From an archaeon (lineage in GTDB: Archaea; Nanobdellota; Nanobdellia; Pacearchaeales; GW2011-AR1), in the NCBI GenBank assembly GCA_038121585.1, contig JAYONY010000001.1, forward strand, positions 117,940-181,939: DNA of 64,000 nt, given 5' to 3'. Position numbers and translations under genes: made by a program. Positions within the stretch are counted from its first letter, which is position 1. Every line of letters begins with the position of its first letter. The notes beneath the pieces were generated by a model. It had not been told where the DNA came from, did no database searches, and was given only the letters and a program-made list of their open reading frames with translations. This document shows positions 60,625 to 64,000 of the stretch, piece by piece.

Positions 60625-61614
60625 CTACTTACCTCTTTTTGAAACAGTGCTTTGTTTCTTAGTTGTTGGCTTAGACACTTTTTTACGAACTGCCTTCTTG
60701 ACAGCTTTTCGTGTTCGCGTACTTTTCTTAGCTACTGCTTTTCGTCGAACTGGTGCACGAGTTGTTGTTTTCGTTGTAGTAGTTACTTTTTTCTTAGTTG
60801 CTACTTTCTTAGCACGTGTTGCTGCTTTTTTCTTAGTGGTTGCTTTTTTTGTAGCAACTTTTTTCTTTGCAGTACCTTTCTGAGCTTTTTCAGCTTCTTT
60901 CTTTTTACGTGCAATCGTAGCTTTTCGCTTTGCAGCTGCTATTTTCTTCTTTTCTTCTCGTTCTTCAGCTTTCTTCTTTGCTTCTGCTTTCATTCTTCGC
61001 TCTCGAAGTGCTGCTTCTTTTGTTTCAATAAGTGTTAATTCATCATCTATTGCTGCCATTTTTAGTGCTAAGTCTTCAAGCGCTCGTTCTATTTCATCTA
61101 CACGATCACTGGTATCCTTCAGTTCCATTACTTCCCCGGTTTCAGGACAGATAAAATCATATTCAAGTGCTTTTTCTTCTGAGTATTCCCTATCTGCGGT
61201 TGGACTATAATAATACCTCATGCTTTGACGTTTGTGTAATTCTCCTCGTAGCTCTTCTGAATGAGCTGCAAGTTTCTCACGTAGTCTTCGTAATGATTTT
61301 ACAGTATCAAGCGTCCAAAAATACGTGTACCAACCACCATTTTTAGTATCTTTTTTTCGAGTGAAGTGTACCATTCCCTCATCCGATAACCTATAGAGAA
61401 TATTTCGAGCTTGATTGATGGTTAAATTCAATTTTTTAGCTATAAGAAACTCATTAACATTTTCTTTGAGATACATTATCTCAACAATCGGTACTGCGTG
61501 AGAACCAGCTACTACGTGTACTACATCCCTCAAAAGTGCTTGTTGCATCTTTTTTGAGTGTTTTGCACGCTCTGCTTTAGTCATTGGCTTTTGATCAGTT
61601 GTTTGAGTAACCAT
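60625..61614 (-). CDS. tfe: Transcription factor E alpha (TFE) with long coiled-coil and H1-like basic C-terminal extension
   Basis: The winged helix is 'EFLIAKKLNLTINQARNILYRLSDEGMVHFTRKKDTKNGGWYTYFWTLD'. There is only one Cys in the zinc-ribbon region ('FICPETGE'). The last ~125 aa are Lys/Ala/Thr/Arg/Glu-rich. I chose the ATG at 61614; the ORF-track GTG at 61650 is possible. Confidence 0.7.
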   Translation of the reverse strand: MVTQTTDQKPMTKAERAKHSKKMQQALLRDVVHVVAGSHAVPIVEIMYLKENVNEFLIAKKLNLTINQARNILYRLSDEGMVHFTRKKDTKNGGWYTYFWTLDTVKSLRRLREKLAAHSEELRGELHKRQSMRYYYSPTADREYSEEKALEYDFICPETGEVMELKDTSDRVDEIERALEDLALKMAAIDDELTLIETKEAALRERRMKAEAKKKAEEREEKKKIAAAKRKATIARKKKEAEKAQKGTAKKKVATKKATTKKKAATRAKKVATKKKVTTTTKTTTRAPVRRKAVAKKSTRTRKAVKKAVRKKVSKPTTKKQSTVSKRGK

Positions 61615-61762
61615 TGTAATAGAGAGTGGGCTAATAAGTGCATTTACCACTACAGTAAGGATTAAAAATGTTTCGCAGAAATCGGTTCGTACATAAGTAG
61701 TTTATAATTACTACTTTATAATGAATATAAACCTATTTAAGGATTTTTCGGAGCATACGTAT

Positions 61763-62479
61763 ATGCTGTTTGGTAAGAAGAAAAAAGAGGGATTGCCAGA
61801 CCTGCCACCGAATCCTGCGATGATGCCGACGGTGCATGATTACAACAGGCCACTTCCTCCGATTGATCCAATGCAAAATCCACCAAGTGTTCCTGACGAA
61901 AGTCCAAATCAATTACCCCGATTACCTCAAACACCTTCGACTAGAGAGTTTGGAGAATCAGCAACTCCTGGAGCACTTACTCAAGAGGCCGATAAAACAA
62001 TTCCTGACCCCCCTTCAGAATCATCAGTAAGTACAACATTCCCCGTTCCAGGTACTGCAAGCAGATTTCCAACACAAAAATACAAGGTTGTTGAAATGGA
62101 AGAGTGGAAACCAGAAAAACCGCAGAAACCAAAAGAAATTCCGCAAGAACCCCAAATCCCTATACCCCCACTTGATGATTTACCGCCTGATGTTGTTCCA
62201 GGACATAAAAAGTATGAACCCCCACCAGCACCTAAACCAATGCCAGTTGCTAAGGACAGACCAATTTTCGTGCGTATTGATAATTTCAAGAGTGCCCGTG
62301 ATTCGCTTGATATCGTTATTGATAAATTAACTGAAGTTGAAGAGTTACTTCGCATGATTCGTGAAGTGAAACGTAAAGAAGACACTGAACTTTCTATCTG
62401 GGAAAGTGAAATGGAGAATATTAAGGCCCGTATTGGGTTTGTTTCTGACGAGATTTTTACAAATACCTATAAGGAATAA
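61763..62479 (+). CDS. Pro-rich protein with C-terminal helical domain
   Basis: The N-terminal ~150 aa are Pro-rich ('PPNPAMMP...PLPPIDPMQNPPSVPDESPNQLPRLPQTP'). The C-terminal part is 'RPIFVRIDNFKSARDSLDIVIDKLTEVEELLRMIREVKRKEDTEL'. The ATG at 61763 lies about 25 nt after TATTTAAG; the alternative start is 61721. Confidence 0.5.
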   Translation: MLFGKKKKEGLPDLPPNPAMMPTVHDYNRPLPPIDPMQNPPSVPDESPNQLPRLPQTPSTREFGESATPGALTQEADKTIPDPPSESSVSTTFPVPGTASRFPTQKYKVVEMEEWKPEKPQKPKEIPQEPQIPIPPLDDLPPDVVPGHKKYEPPPAPKPMPVAKDRPIFVRIDNFKSARDSLDIVIDKLTEVEELLRMIREVKRKEDTELSIWESEMENIKARIGFVSDEIFTNTYKE

Positions 62480-62481
62480 GC

Positions 62482-62823
62482 ATGGAATATGTTTCGTTTA
62501 ATCCCGCGCAGCGAGAGGCTGGCATTAACAATTTAGCGCAAAGTCAAGCAGAGCTCGGGCGAATTATTTCTAAATATGTTGGATTTTTACGACTACGTCA
62601 GGAAGAAATTTCGTTAAAACGCTTACTCTACCGCAAAGTTAGTGAAATAACGACTGAACTTCAAAAACTTCATTCTCTACTTCCCCCAATAAGTATTCGT
62701 CGATTAGGCCTTATTGGTCGAGGTAGACCTTCAGAACTTGGCATTAGTCGTATTGGTAGGCGATCTCTCCTTGAGTTTGAAGTTGATGTGCTTAAACAAC
62801 GCATTATGAATCTCGGGAAGTAA
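62482..62823 (+). CDS. Coiled-coil hypothetical protein
   Basis: It starts 2 nt after the previous stop, with AAGGAA upstream. It is helical and heptad-like, with an Arg/Gly-rich middle 'RRLGLIGRGRPSELGISRIGRR'. Confidence 0.45.
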   Translation: MEYVSFNPAQREAGINNLAQSQAELGRIISKYVGFLRLRQEEISLKRLLYRKVSEITTELQKLHSLLPPISIRRLGLIGRGRPSELGISRIGRRSLLEFEVDVLKQRIMNLGK

Positions 62824-62862
62824 CCGCCAAGATTAAAAACACCTGTTTCTCAACGATAGAGT

Positions 62863-64000
62863 ATGATAACACGTGAAAAGCTCATTAAAGAATATGTAGA
62901 TCATTTCAAGTCGCACGACCACAAGCATATTCCGTCGAGTTCATTAATTCCCGAGAACGATCCTACTGTTTTGTTTACAACTGCAGGAATGCACCCACTC
63001 GTTCCTTTTATTGCTGGTCAAAAACACCCATTAGGAACACGACTTGTGAATGTTCAAAAGTGTATTCGCACAGGGGACATTGAAGAAGTCGGGGACACAA
63101 CCCACCACACTTTTTTTGAAATGCTCGGTAACTGGTCACTTGGAGACTACTGGAAAGAAGATGCAATTACAATGACGTACGAGTTCTTAACGAAGAAACT
63201 CAATATCCCTCTAGAAAAATTAGCATTCACCTGTTTTGGCGGGGACGATGATGCACCTAAGGACGAGGAATCAGCGACAATTTGGAAGAGTCTAGGAGTG
63301 CCAGAAAGCCGTATTGCATACCTCGGCAAAAATGATAATTGGTGGGGTCCAGCAGGCGAGACTGGCCCGTGTGGTCCTGACACCGAAGTATTTTACTGGA
63401 GCGATACACAAGTCGCAGCTCCAGAAACGTTTGACCCGAACGATGATCGCTGGGTAGAAATTGGGAATAATGTGTTGATGCAATATGAAAAAACGAAAGC
63501 TGGAAAGTATATCCCGCTCAAGCAAAAAGTAGTTGACTTCGGAGGTGGCGTTGAGCGTATGCTAACAGTGCTTAATGGTTTTGATGATAATTACGAGTCA
63601 CCATTATTCAAACCGATTATAGAACATATTGAAAAACTATCTGGTAAGAATTATAGTAATACTGAGTACACGCGTTCAATGCGAATAATCGCTGATCACA
63701 TTAAAGCTGCAACGTTTATTCTAGGTGACGCGCGCGGCGTTGCACCCTCAAATGTGGGACAAGGCTACGTTTTACGGCGACTTATCCGGAGAGCGATTCG
63801 CCACGCGAGAATGCTTAACATTGAAGAGCAATGGACCGCACATTTAGCAAAGACAGTTGTAAGCTTGTATCCAGAGTATCAAGAGTTAAGCCAGCAACAC
63901 ACATTTATTCATGATAACTTAGACGCTGAAGAAACAAAGTTCAAAAGCACACTTGAGAAAGGGCTGAAAGAATTTGAGAAGATTGCAACTGACTCGGTCA
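62863..64000 (+). CDS. alaS: Alanyl-tRNA synthetase, N-terminal part (3' end outside window)
   Basis: Not in the ORF track because it runs off the window. My hand translation reads 'MITREKLIKEYVDHFKSHDHKHIPSSSLIPENDPTVLFTTAGMHPLVPF...QKCIRTGDIEEVGDTTHHTFFEMLGNWSLGDYWK'. Confidence 0.9.
   Translation, partial: MITREKLIKEYVDHFKSHDHKHIPSSSLIPENDPTVLFTTAGMHPLVPFIAGQKHPLGTRLVNVQKCIRTGDIEEVGDTTHHTFFEMLGNWSLGDYWKEDAITMTYEFLTKKLNIPLEKLAFTCFGGDDDAPKDEESATIWKSLGVPESRIAYLGKNDNWWGPAGETGPCGPDTEVFYWSDTQVAAPETFDPNDDRWVEIGNNVLMQYEKTKAGKYIPLKQKVVDFGGGVERMLTVLNGFDDNYESPLFKPIIEHIEKLSGKNYSNTEYTRSMRIIADHIKAATFILGDARGVAPSNVGQGYVLRRLIRRAIRHARMLNIEEQWTAHLAKTVVSLYPEYQELSQQHTFIHDNLDAEETKFKSTLEKGLKEFEKIATDSV

Noticed and set aside
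60392-61038. Plus-strand ORFs (163 aa and 128 aa) rich in Phe/Leu/Cys/Ser.
   Set aside because: They are the antisense of the Lys/Ala/Thr-rich TFE tail and the rhomboid 5' end. This is a composition artefact.
1-64000. CRISPR arrays, rRNA genes, transposases/integrases, inteins in mcm or lig, and recoded stop codons.
   Set aside because: No regularly spaced direct repeats were seen. No rRNA-like conserved stretches were seen. No recombinase motifs were found in any ORF. MCM (672 aa) and ligase (574 aa) are intein-free lengths with contiguous motifs. All conserved genes end at standard stops.

Overview
This window is a gene-dense, AT-rich archaeal chromosome segment. I call about 80 protein-coding genes and 2 tRNA genes, with almost no spacer DNA. 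I saw no rRNA, CRISPR array, integrase or transposase.

Archaeal origin is unambiguous. The translated ORFs include MCM, aRF1, aIF2-beta, aIF1A, TBP, TFE-alpha, RpoL, ATP-dependent DNA ligase, RadB, deoxyhypusine synthase, GatD/GatE and archaeal-type AspRS and ProRS. There is also a tRNA-Asn with a textbook bulge-helix-bulge intron.

Several traits suggest a small-genome uncultivated (DPANN-like) archaeon, but that taxonomic guess is inference only:
- genes are short;
- many starts lie about 25 nt downstream of A/T boxes (leaderless-type);
- start/stop overlaps of 1-4 nt are common;
- several genes are bacterial-type (GGDEF, MnmA, YceI, PgaC-like GT2);
- many secreted or membrane proteins have unknown function.

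Layout:
- 0-8.5 kb: replication and translation factors.
- 8.5-12 kb: secreted proteins, an all-basic H1-like protein, tRNA-Asn.
- 12-14.4 kb: GGDEF, MnmA, nitroreductase.
- 14.4-22 kb: FtsZ, deoxyhypusine synthase, DHH and MBL hydrolases, GatA, HIT.
- 22-29 kb: RelE-type TA, GatC, AspRS, GatE, AbiEii-like NTase.
- 29.7-36.3 kb: GalE, GatD, ProRS, M32 carboxypeptidase.
- 36.3-36.5 kb: tRNA-Arg with a duplicated 3' end.
- 36.6-43 kb: aminotransferase/GDH/ALDH block.
- 43-50.4 kb: GatB, acylphosphatase-UppS fusion, RecJ-like DHH, NreA-like, ABC exporter.
- 50.4-61.6 kb: an 18-gene same-strand array (VapBC, TBP, ligase, RadB, RpoL, GT2, ScpB, rhomboid, TFE).
- 61.7-64 kb: a Pro-rich/coiled-coil gene pair and AlaRS (3' truncated by the window edge).

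Most noteworthy:
- a complete, apparently active stand-alone GGDEF diguanylate cyclase in firm archaeal context;
- an H1-like Ala/Thr/Arg/Lys protein, with the same kind of tail grafted onto TFE-alpha and membrane proteins;
- an acylphosphatase-UppS fusion;
- a PgaC-like synthase with an overlapping partner gene;
- a tRNA-Arg 3'-end duplication bracketing a structured ~85-nt segment.
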